Below, in pieces: positions 10,666 through 22,800 of a DNA stretch of 64,000 nt. The translations under genes were made by a program, and so were the position numbers. The notes beneath the pieces were generated by a model. The model saw only the letters and a list, made by a program, of their open reading frames with translations. It was not told where the DNA came from and made no database searches. Numbering within the stretch: the first letter of the stretch is position 1; every line of letters starts with the position of its first letter. The DNA is taken from NCBI GenBank assembly GCA_013265495.1, contig MU058221.1:434001-498000 (forward strand), given 5' to 3'. Origin of the DNA: Vicugna vicugna (Eukaryota).

Positions 10666-11694
10666 CACTGCACATTTTTCCCTCACCCCAGGGCACGTAT
10701 TGGTTTTCGGCTGCCAATTTGACCCTACCTGTCACATAGAAAATCATCTCATAAACCAAATAACAGAGCTCACAGTAAATCACTCGGTGCTTTGATGTGT
10801 TACTTAACGTAAGTCCACTTGGCAGACGTTTATGGTGCAGTGATGTAGCGGTAAACGTGGACATCCTGGGAACTAGCACAGTTCAGCAGGTGAGGCAGAT
10901 ACACACACAGCAATGGCTCAGGTGACTAGAGAAGTGTAGCAGGTGTGCCTCCCTACGGCTTCATGCTTGCCAATGAGGTTTGTGTTTATTTTTTTTCAAA
11001 ATTCTGCAGAGAGGAAGATGCTTATTTCAAGTGACCCACTAATTGTATGATTTCAGGCTTTAGTTAGAGGGTAAAATGTTACGGAATTAAAAAAGGGTGT
11101 TCCCTTCATCTCACAAATGGAATCTAGAAAATTGACCATAGGGCCTGTTTCAGTTCCATGGGATTAATCTTTTAAACACAACTTCCTAGTCTCACACGTA
11201 CATGCAGGCGCAAAGACGTAGTTGAGCAATTGCCCTGTGTGTTCAGGTTAAGCCAGATTATTCTACTAAGTCATGAAATTAGAGTATTAACAATAGATGC
11301 ATTTGCAGAGGTCAGAGGAAAACACTTAAGTATGGCATGGATCTTACTTTCTGAAGAATGCATGGCATTCTTCCTCAGGCAGAGGACGGAGAAAGGAAGA
11401 GAATTCCGGAGGGAGGGGCCAGGCTGAAAGCCGCGGTCCGTGCGGGAGCCGGCATGGTTGCTTCTGGCATCAGATGAGCAAGCGGGCTGGAACGGCTTGA
11501 TGGCTCCTCTGGGTGTGCAGCGGGCAATGACGGCACATGATAACACGGGCTCAGGCTGGAAACTCGGCCGAGGCTGCTGCTGACTTGGAGGTTGTACGAA
11601 CGTACTGAAGTTGACGTGATTTGTACAGAAGTAGGAGATGAAGATTGAGGCTGTGCAGAGTGGAGTTGGGGTCAGGGTGTAAGAGAAGGAGCAA

Positions 11695-11830
11695 ATAACT
11701 AACATTTATCAAATGATGATGCTGGGAACAGAATGAGCAATACTTTGTTTCATCATCGCAAGTCTCGGAAAGTTTAGTTAATTTATCCAAGTCTGCACAG
11801 CTAGTAAGTGGATGAGCTCACATTCTGTTG
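11695..11830 (-). mobile_element. MIR SINE (degenerate)
   Basis: taactaacatttatcaaatga...gtttagttaatttatccaagtctgcacagctagtaagtggatgagc is typical antisense MIR. Confidence 0.65.
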
Positions 11831-13264
11831 TTTGTTTTTGACACAGGAGGTCTGGGGAGCAGTCAGGGTTGCGGCCAGGGCGTCAGGCTGTGCCCACCAC
11901 ACATCTACTCAAGTCCTCAGCAACTGCCTTGGAAAACCTCTTTTAGTATCATTTTAAAATGCAAAGTGCTTTAAAATACTACAGTATACTTAAATGTACT
12001 TGGAACAAAAGATATTTTAATAATCTTATCAAATTTGCATTAATAAATATGAGCTGTGAAGAAATATCGTCTTGCTTCAAATGTGCCAGGTTTATATCTT
12101 TCATGTGAAAGGACTGGTTTTCCTCTCCAGGGAGAAAGGGTTGTGAAATTTAGCATAGAACACATCATCGTTTATAAAACACGATCCTGTTGGACATACA
12201 CTAAGGGGTGTTATGGTCTCTTAAACTCCAAGTGAATGAAAACCCAGAGCAAGCTCTTTTAAAAGTGAGCGAGGATACAGATTGCAATAAAAGCATGGAT
12301 CTTGTGGTTTGTAGCATTTGGTCAAAAAAAGGAAAAAAAAAAAGCAACAGTGCATTATTCTTCAAAATATATATTTAAGCTGGTGACATATTTTGTCATC
12401 CCAAAGATACTTTTTTATTTTACAAATAATAGAAAAAGAGTAAATTAAATATTTTTAACTTAAGTGTTTTCTTTAAACTGATTTTAAATACATAGTGCTT
12501 TATCGATTGGTTGTGTTCCTTTGGCGAGTGAGTAACACGGTAGAATTTGCTTACTGGGACATAATCTCTCATCATATCAGTTTTCTAATTAAAAAAACTA
12601 ATAAAAAACAATAAAATGCATGAAAACTACTTTCCTAACCACCGTGACCCATAGCGTTACTGAACGTGAATCTGATCTGCAGCAGCGTCTGACTCCTCAG
12701 CTAGCATGAGCAGGTGCTAAGATGAAGAAAGCATTGTCAAGTGAAAAGAATGAGGGAAACAGGAATTTCCTTAATTTCCCATCAAGCAAACAGTGATGTT
12801 TTCCAAATGCATCCACTCCAATTAATATTTAAGGTCATTAGAGAGACAGCCGTGAACGTGAAAATTGACTCATACATCAGTACACTCATGTGCAGACAGC
12901 TCCACACAGACATTAAGTGTCCACATATTTTTTCCTGAGAATATTATTTTTTTAAAAAACTGGTAATCCTGAAAGAAAAAAAGTCCAAAAAATCACATAT
13001 ACTACTTAAAATTTAAAAAGAAGAAGAGATGTGCATTAAATATTAGTAAAACTAGTAAAAATAGCTGTTGACATGGTTCTGAGACAAAGCAAACATCAGA
13101 ACAGTGTTTGAGATACAAAATATGATAAGTAATATTCTGTGTTTAAAAGCCCATATTACTTTACCAAAAATTGATCAAATAAAATTACTAGTCTATTATT
13201 ATGGAGTAAGATAGAGCCAAATACATCTCTTTATAACTTGAGAATAAGATAAAATAAACAATAA

Positions 13265-13445
13265 TAAGAGCACCTAATATTTATTGCTACCTCACACCAG
13301 ACTTGATGCCATTGATTTTTCATTCAAAAAAGCCGCCTGAGGTAGAGACTAATATTTTCTTTATTATGCAAATGAAGAACTTAGTTGCAAGAAAGTTGCA
13401 TTATTTCCTCAAGTCATAAACCCTGGATGTGTCTACTTCCCAAGT
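13265..13445 (-). mobile_element. MIR SINE (degenerate)
   Basis: cacctaatatttattg...tgaggtagagactaatattttctttattatgcaaatgaagaacttag...tttcctcaagtca. Confidence 0.65.
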
Positions 13446-15849
13446 CAGAAGAGGTGAGCAGTGAAATCACACGTCAATGTCAATGTCGCAAAGCAGCCGT
13501 GGAAGCTGCGAATGAGCAGGGATGGACTCTATGACTGAGACAAAGACTGGCCAGCTGGGCCTGGAACACAAGCCAACAAACGAGCCATGTCAACATTCTG
13601 TTGACAGGTGAGGTGCCTAAACATTGAGAGGTTTCACTTCACAACATTAAAAATAGCTCTATTTCAAGAAAAGAATGAGTAACATCGAAGATCAAAGACG
13701 TTGCCACCTAGCATTGGGACCTTCATACTTTATCGTTGTCAACACTCTGATTCGTCGTCTAGATTGTTGCTTTCAACCTGTCACTGCCGTTAAGCCGTCA
13801 CTTGAGAAGTACATAATATGAGACGGAACTTGCTCAAATTCCACCCATGGCGTCTAAAATCTGACTTTCGTGTGCAGTCATCCTTCATGCCTTCCTCCAG
13901 TTTTAGCAGCCTTCCTGTGGAAGGCTGATGCACCCACCCTGTGCGTTTTCAGCAACGCCAGACCATCTGTGAACCCACTCTGCGATCCGAATCTCCAACT
14001 TCTGAACCTCCGTGGCATGCCGCCGTGTCCTGAGAGGGCCCATCTCAGCAACAATGGCAGCTGCAGCAAGAAAGCCTTCTGGATCCCACACGGCTTTTCA
14101 GATACCCAGCTCACAGCTCTTCTACCCTTCAGTAGAATGTCTTAAACAAACAAACAAACAAACAAAACAAGGGGAGCTTAGCGCAGTCTGTCTCCTCTAT
14201 TCTCATTCTGCTTAAATCAGGCTTGTGTACATGCTACAGCAACAACAAAAAAATTTTTTTCTTGCTTGATACTAAATTTAACTGATGGTTTTAGGTTCTC
14301 ACCTTGTATGGCCTCTGCCTCAGACTGTTGGATAGTCAGCCTTCTTACCTGGTCTCTCAGTATCGGCTTCCTGGGGTTCCCGCCCTGGGACCCATCTTCT
14401 TCTCACCTAACGTTCTGTCCCTTGGCCCTCTAACTTCCTGCTGCATCAGATTAGAGAAGACAAGACAGGAGGCCAGATCAGGGCCAGGGCTACGTCAGCG
14501 GGACTGGGGAAGAACGCTGAGTATAAAGATTGTTCCAGGGCCCCCTGGGGATGGGAGTAAAAGCAAAACAGCAATCTAGGGTGAATCTTGGGGCTTCATT
14601 TTAGCCTTAACCCCTGGGGTGTGGAGTCACTAGAAGAAATTTGTCATAAAAAAGGCTCTGTTTTAGATACATGAGTCTTAAATGAAGAGAGATACCCCTA
14701 CCCCACTATGTCTGGTCACTTTCTGTACTTACAACACATAATCAATTATCAAAAATATGAAGAAACAAACCCTCTTTCTGTTAAAAGTAAAGAAAAAAAT
14801 AAGCTTAAGGATCAAGCTGGCCATATTGATCAAGTGCATTCATAATTTAATGCTACATAAACTGGTGAATGCTGCTACTGTGCTAATAAAAACAAAAAAA
14901 TCATCAAGGTTAGAAAAGGAGCTGGAAGCAGCTGCAACATCTTAATTCTCTACTACATCCGTTCTCTGGAGACTGAAAATTTGGGCAAATTGGTGGAACA
15001 TCACCTAATGCATCTGACATTTATTTTTTTGAACTAAAAATATGGTTAGCTATATATTTTGATGTAAAATCATGGGTTGTGTCAGCATCCTGAACACGGC
15101 ACTCTATCTCACTGAGGCTATGAATATAAAAATAAATGAGAGGTAATGATGATCATAAGAATTAAATGAGAGGTTATTTTGAGCAGTCTGTGGCCAGGGT
15201 AAGAGAAAATGAATTGTTCCACATAATGTGTCATACGGACACATTCAGATTGTTGTGCTTCTACTGGAATTAAAGTGGAAGAAAGGCCGAGTGCGTCCCT
15301 GCATTATGTCCCATTGAGGGTAGATGCCCATCTCTATTCTGCCTTGAGCTCTAATATAATTACTCATTGTTAAAGAGAGAAAAGCCTTCATTGTTTCTGA
15401 AATATCTCAGGAAACTTCAAAGCATTCTTCTAGGTATAAACTTGACAGAACCAGATTGAAAGAAGACCTCAGAGACCAGTCCCTTTCAATGGAAATCAGG
15501 AATCCAGGAAAATAAAAGCAAACAGCAGATACGGGCGTAATTGTGCAGCCTCCTTTCCTTTGGCTCCTCAGGCCCCTTGGCTTTATCTATTTTGAAAAGA
15601 GGGCCACTAAGGAGACAGCGGCCGTCCCAGCAGGGAGAGCGGAAAGTTGGGTTTCTTCCTGAAATGGCAACACTCCCGCCTTATTAAAGGAGGGTCTAAA
15701 AAAATGCAAAATCTCTACCGAATGTGAGGACAACGGAAAACGTGCCAGTGAATCTGCTGCTTGGCCATCTTCTAGCACACCGCCCAGTGCTTACTGGAGA
15801 AGAGCCTTGTAGCTTCGGTGGAGGGAGTCTCAACCAAATTCATCTACTC

Positions 15850-18690
15850 TGGTTTGGGAAGATAGTTGAGCTAAGTAAGCCCTCCCAGTTCAATGAGTAA
15901 ATATAAAGGAAAAAATTTGACCCATGAAAATAGTCAGTAAAATTTTGATAGATATTTGAGTCAAACAAAGATTATATCTTGAGAAAAAAAAAACTGCTCT
16001 AGGAAATACATTTATTTTTTTAAACAGTGTGTGCTTTTTGTTTTCAAAAAGCAATTGCAGCAAAACGTGGACTTTATGAAATTAGGGCTAAACACAAGAG
16101 TTGCTAAGACCTGAAAATGACAGGGACAATGAGATGACTGAAAAAAAAAAGGCTGAAATAAAGAGAGCTAGATTTCATAATAAAATGATACAAGTAAACT
16201 GATCTGTTACAGTAGAGTTAAAAGTATTAGCATAGTGAAAATAAAAATTAATGTGGCAGAAGAAATCTAATTCATAATGTATTCGCTGCTAAAATGAACA
16301 AGGAATTAAAAAGATAGAAATACGTTTCCTAAAAAAGAAACTAGTAACACTGTACAGTAAGTCATAAAAAGGAACGTCAGTGATCAAGCAAGAGGCAGCG
16401 AACCTCGCTTAGGTGAAGAAAGTTCTGAACTGTTAGAGCAAAAGAGCGTATCATATTCCAAAGGAGTGGAAGGCAGCATGTAAAGAACCAACTATCACCT
16501 CAAGGAATGAAAAGTAATGTAGCGCTAAGTGTATCTACATATGGAAAATCAGGAATAAAGATAAACTACTTAATACTCTGCAGAAAACATAAGCAAATAA
16601 CTCCAAAGAGAGAAACAAATGACAGCTGCTGAGGGAAGACGGGAGGTGTGTCCTCATGTGTGGCTGATTTCAGAGGTTACGTTTTTAACCAAAACACACC
16701 CGCCCATTGGCCTAAGGAGATCTGAAATAAGATGTTTAAAATCACTGACTCTTTACCCAGCTAGGATTTCACTCATATGAAATAACAAAAATCTTTCAGT
16801 TATCCACGGAGCAATGAAAAATAGTACTGGTAAAAACCTTTCTAAAGTGTTGGAGAGATAGTATACTTAAAAGTAACGTTTAAAAATAATAAATTGTCCC
16901 AGAAAGCTACAGGTAAAATTTACAGTAATAGGGAACTGAGACAGCAGAAATGGGACAAATTATAAGTAATCTGTTTTTATTATTTTGCACTGAAAAGAGT
17001 GAAAAGACCACACATTCTTGATGCAATGATTATAAACTAAGTGAAACGATGAGATAATAAAGTAAAAGTTATCATGATGGAATTACAAATAGGTTGCACA
17101 ACACACAATCACAAGAGGAAGTTAAAGATGTGTGCCTTGTCCTTGTAGCAAAAGACTCGATGACACATCCCAGTAGAAGAGAACAAAGAAATGAAGAAAC
17201 CAGAAAGAATTAAAGTGAAAAAGTAAGACCAAATAAAACGTCTTTAATTAAATTGGCTAAAAGAAATTAAAAGAAAAGACTGTCAAATTCGGTAAATGTG
17301 GTGATTTTCAAATATATTCAGAGTCTCTGACACTCCTCTGCAAGAGGTGAAGCAAATCCTTCTACTTTTGGGAGCTGACTGAACTCATCTCACTTCTGAT
17401 AGAAGAAGGTAGGAGTGACAGTGTGCAATGTCACGCTAGGTCACAGAAGTGACTGCTGCTTCCATGTTACTCACGTTCTCTTGCCCTGCTAGCTCGAGGG
17501 GAAGGTGACTGCCCTAATAATGAGCATATGACGCGGTCTGGGAGAGGCTGTCAAGGTGCAGAACGCAGCCATGCCAATGCGCCATCTCAGAAGTGGGTCC
17601 CCCAGCTCAGACAGGCCCTCAGACAGCTGGCACCCCCGAGGTCACTCTGACCGCAGCCCTATGACAAACCGTGAGCCAGAGCTGCCCAGGTTAGATGCCA
17701 CCAAACTCCTGACACAGAGAACACTGTGAGATAGCGAATATTTGTTGTTTTAAGACACTAAATCTTGGAGCGAATTGTTACACAGCAGTACGTAACAAAT
17801 AGAGCAGGACATACACATGTATGTTCCCTAATAACTACATCACATTTCAATAATCCATCCTAATACAAAGGAAAAGGGTGAAACTCAATGCAAGAATTTA
17901 GGTGAATGCAGGCATAAGGAGTATTAACATCAATTGAATGTGGGCCAAAATTCAACTTATATTTGCATAAAATTGAAGATTACTTTCTTACTATTTCAAA
18001 GAATAAAAGAAACATATTGATTTATATTTTATCCTTGTATTATTTTAAATAATTCTTAAAAATGAATTTGCATGTCAAATGGCTGGAAATCATGAAAATA
18101 TGCAACAGTTAGGGGAATTTTTGCTGCTTATTATTCATACACAGCACACACAAATACACACACACAAACACACTAAAGGAGTGAGCTATTCCTACAAGGA
18201 GATAAACAATACTACATTTTCACTAGTGTACCGAAGACGAACTGAGTAACATGCTGAAGATACATGGCTAACGATTAAGAAAATACATAATCAGATCTCT
18301 ACATCATTTCTTATATCAAAGTAAATTTAAGGTGAATCACAGTATTATATGTAATAAAATTAAAAAAATCAAACTAAAAATATTTGTAAATGTTCATCTG
18401 TTTATTAGGAATAAGATTCAATTATTTCAAAAAAATAATAATATGCAAAATAAAATCATAAGGAAAACTAGTTAATTATATAAAACTTAAAATTTCTAGG
18501 TATCAAAATTGAAGAGCAAAGATAATATTGGGGAGCATTTGTGACATATATTCAGAAACATATTTAATGTATATAAAACAGTACTTATAAAAATAAACAA
18601 AAGCATATGAACAGGCATGTTTTACCTCCTAACTGATTGTAATGAAATGCATGATGCATTTCTTATGGTGTTGATAAGGTTGTTACAAAC
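15850..18690 (+). mobile_element. Highly decayed L1ME/HAL1-like LINE remnants (A-rich), interrupted by an MLT1 LTR
   Basis: Strong A skew on the + strand; L1 ORF2-like patches such as cagatctctacatcatttcttatatcaaagtaaatttaaggtgaatc and tataaaacttaaaatttct. Confidence 0.5.
17297..17803 (+). mobile_element. MaLR solo LTR, MLT1F/G-like
   Basis: Starts tgtggtg; tgacactcct...gctaggtcacagaag...gccatctcagaagtgggtcccccagc; MLT1 3' end aactcctgacacagagaacactgtgagata...gttgttttaagacactaaatcttggag...ttgttacacagcagta. Confidence 0.85.
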
Positions 18691-18696
18691 TATTCA

Positions 18697-18739
18697 CTTA
18701 ACCTCTTAACCTCTTAACCTCTTAATCCTCTTAACCTCT
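18697..18739. repeat. Tandem repeat (CTTAACCT)x5, one unit with a 1-nt insertion
   Basis: cttaacct cttaacct cttaacct cttaatcct cttaacct read directly. Confidence 0.95.
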
Positions 18740-19706
18740 ACAGACGTGACTGCGCCCAGGGACTTAGGAGCACTTTGCTCCAGTGGAAACTGCGCACTGT
18801 CTACAGGACGTCCCTCTCTGGGTTGTCCTTCCTTGCCTTCGAACTAGTCGACAGCTCTGTGAGTTGAGGGTAACGCACAGTGACGCCAGAATAATTGCTG
18901 GCTATAGACATGCAGGTTCTCAGCTGTCTGGTAGAGATCCGGCCGACTCTTCCCTACCCCCTCCCACGGAAGGCCAGTTTTGTCCCCATTTACACAATCT
19001 TTCAATATTCCTCATCTGTAAGTGTGCTTGTTCTTTGCATTTTCTTTTGACCAGTGATAATGTCTGCCTGGTTCCCTCATAAATTAATGAGTGAAGAAAA
19101 TTTAGAACGTGTGTATTTTGTATCTACCTTATTGTTGTAATTTTATCTTTTTTTGAAAAAAATTAACAATGACATATTTCTTTCAGGGAAAATAAAGCTG
19201 TTTTCCTTCAACTGATCCTCATAGATTGTTATACGTATGTTTTCTCATTCTCCTTGGAGTGGTGTCTGCATGTTCAACCAATAAATTTCGGCATTTAATA
19301 AATCCTCATTCTGAGCAGTGCCAATGCGTTCACTTCATTAACTAAACCATCAGGTTGCTTTATTTTGAGTATGGCTAGTGTTGGCAACACCAGTGCAAAA
19401 GCAGACAGTCCGTAACAGAACATGATCCTTAACCCAGGGGAAATTAGGATAAAACGAGGGGCCTTGCTGTTAATTATCATCTGAATCTATCTGGCAGCTG
19501 GTCAATATTTGTTGAGTGAATGACCAGTAAATAATAATTTCAGGTAGTAGTAAGAGCTGATAACAAATAATACAGAAGGGTGTTAGCGCTCCTTCCTGGC
19601 ACTGCAGAGGTGGATAAAGGTGACTGGTCCAGAAGTTTTCTAACAGCAGGACAGGTGTTTGGGATCGGATTTGCTGAACTGTCAAGAATGAGGACAGTGT
19701 GAAGCC

Positions 19707-19848
19707 TGGAATTTGGGACTAACAGATACACACTGTTATATATAAAATAGATAAATACATCTGTATGTAATATAGATAGAACTGATCTTTCTGTTGCATA
19801 TCTGAAACACTGTAAATCAATTATGCTTCAATAAAAAATTTTAAAAAA
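19707..19848 (+). mobile_element. Short artiodactyl-type L1 3' tail with internal deletion
   Basis: ggaatttgggactaacagatacacactgttatatataaaatagataaa...ctgaaacactgtaaatcaattatgcttcaataaaaaa. Confidence 0.8.
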
Positions 19849-22800
19849 TGATATTCAGCACTTTCAATTGTAAAACCATAGCTCTGAAGTTTACTGAGTA
19901 CTTCTCTCTCCTGAGATCATTTAGTGCTTGTGGTAAGTCAATAAAGTAGCAAAGAGGTTTCTGGTTTTGATTTGGCTTCCCATAGTGTTGGGTGGTGGAG
20001 GAGAAAAATGTGCTTATTACCCTGAATTTAGGTATTTCCAGGGCTTCTGACATGATCTTTCATTGTATAATAAGAAACATGAAATTTGGTGTATGTTTCA
20101 ACTCTAAAGGCATTTGAGATAGCGAGGGTTAACCTCTCAGGACCGAATCCTCCCCAGTACTTGAAGAGAAAGGTTTCGGGTCTTAAAAGAGATGTGTCGA
20201 TCCCAAGGGTTTGCCTTTGTGATTCGCCCACCTTAATGGTTACCGATTGAGAGTTTCCATGAAAACAAAAGCACACACTCCTTCCTCAGGCTGCTGCTCA
20301 GAATTAATCTAAGGACCACGGTGATGCTAGAAACTATGCACCGTGGTGACTGTGTCTTGACGGACTGACATGCATGTCATGGCGTTGAGAAGTTTCTCGT
20401 CAGATTTCTGAAAATATGTTATTTAAATGGATGAAATTTCAGATTCATGTACAAAAAGTTGTGTATGAGGGTACCGACTCAGCCAGAAATGTTCATTTCT
20501 TAGACTGTATATTTACGACCCATATATGAGCGTTGATGAAATTGCATATGTATATATATATATATATTTATTTAGGTTTAGGCGATATTCATATCTACCG
20601 AGATACCAGGTGCTTAAGGCTGCTATTTCTTCCCCCTCATGTCGGACGTTAAAGCCACGTCTGCATGGAAGCTGGAAGCTGTAAGAGTATCACTATTACC
20701 GCTGCTTTCTCTCAGGAATCAGATTTTCCTTTTCAACAGTTATGGACTCTAAATATAACATTATCATTTGGGAACACAATAGAAAAAATGGAATGTTGTT
20801 TTCGGAATGCACAGGGAAATGTCGTGTGCTTTCTAGGGAAACAGTGAGAGACTAGAGATTTCCTGTTTATGTCAGGTAAGTCCTGCCGAGGTTTTAGAGT
20901 TTACACACTGATTTTGGATTTGATGAAAAGAACAATCATTCCTTTCATCATTTCATTATTACTACCATTTTTTGGAATAGAATTATCTCCTCTGAGTTTC
21001 TCTTTCTGCACTGAATGATCTGATGTAAGGGATTGCCTGTTGCCTACGCATGTCATTTAGGACCCTACTGAGCTCTCAAAAGAGTGGCTGCTCCCTCCCA
21101 AATTGCAGTAGAGCAGGAAGGCTCTCAAAACCTTCAAGAGGCAAAGCCCTTCTCTATTTCAGCTCCTCTGTAAGTGCATCTTATTTGGGCCCAAATGCCA
21201 TATGTGTGTCTAAAAATGGCGCAGCACTATGAAGGGGGAGTGGTACCACTGCAACGCACGTTTCAAAGAGACCCTGCTGGTGCTCTTGGCTTCGGATGCT
21301 TTGAAGTGTTCAGAGAATGAAATGATGACACTTAGGAAGAATCTAACCAGTTCCTTGTCGAGTTTTTGTTGCGCTGCTGCCCGTTGAGAGAGGACAGGAG
21401 AGAAGTGTGCAGATCCATCAGGGAGTTAACGATTTCTTACTGCAGCTGTGATGTCGTGGGTCACACGAGTATGCGCTGAATTCCCCTCTGTGTTTTCGGA
21501 AACAGACCTTTGCTTCTTTACTTGCAAAAGACACTTTAATTTAAGCTCATGTCTACTGCCTCTTCATAGCACCTGAAAGCAAATTCATCTTCCAGCTTTC
21601 AGCTTCTTCCCACTTTGTAGCTATCGAGAAGTGGAGCAAAATAATATGCCTGCTATCAACCCAATCAATCATTCCAATTCACCTTTGCACTTTTTCCTTA
21701 GTCATTCCCACCTTCAGTCCTATCTTATGCTTTAAAATCTCAAATTGCTATAAATCTCTCTTTAATTCCTGGTCTCTAAAATCTGATCAATTCTTAGACC
21801 TCGAATTGCTCCTTTTGTCATTTCTTCCCACAAAATATATTTACATTTTGCCTTAGACCCTCTGCTTTGAACAGTTTATCTCCGTCTTTATTCCAGCTGT
21901 GACCTCCCCATGTGACCGGCAGAACCAAGAGACGGAGCCCATTCAGACAAAGCCTGTGCTTCAAAGGCCCAAAGGTTGAGAACCCAGATCTTGAACTCTC
22001 TGCTCAAATAACCCCGAAGCCCACCTCCAGTGGAGACTGGAAACACAGACTTAAGGTACAACCAAGGAGCCACTAATGGCTGGGATTGAGGTAGTCACAG
22101 GTGGAGCTTCAGTCTGAGGTTGACGGTGTCAGGAGACACGTGTGTGATGCTACTTGATTCCAAGAAGACCTGCCCGTAGGAAAAGAAGAGACGCCAGATG
22201 CAAGCGAGGTGCATCCACTTGTCTTCTTTCTCCGACCCCACAAACGTTAGGTCTCCCTGCCTAGAATGTTCAGTGTAACCCTGCTATTGCCTGCCTTACG
22301 TGGTCTTTTTGTTTCACAGAGAAGCTGCTGACCCAAGGCACGAGAGCTCATGCAATCTGCACTGCAGTCTGGTCCTCGGTCATTGGCTGTCGTGTGACTG
22401 CTTTCTGGTTGGCTAAGGGTCCCCTGATGCCCTGTAGTCACATGTAAATTGCATTGTTTCACTTCTTAGCACACGGTCCTGCATAAATTGATTGCTAAGT
22501 TCATTTTTTTGTTGTATAAATGCATGTGGAGAGCAAGGCTCATGTTTCAGTGACTCTGATTTCCTCTTCCATTTTGGGGGGAGTTGTTGGTTTTATTAAT
22601 GTGCCTGTGAAACTAGAAACGAAGTGCTGTGAAGTTTTGTAGTGTTTCAGCAGCTCCTTGCTCGTGACTCCCCTAGAGTATTGGACCTCTGCCTTGTATT
22701 TTAATTTCTCAAGACTGCAGACTTCTTAGCTTTTGTTTATGCATTTTAACTAAATTTATTTTTTAGAATGATAGAATTATGGGGAATGAAGAAACATGAA

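Noticed and set aside
10655..10879. Minus-strand ORF with a cag|gtaggg donor-like site
   Set aside because: Weak acceptor and an unrecognisable peptide; no support as a coding exon.
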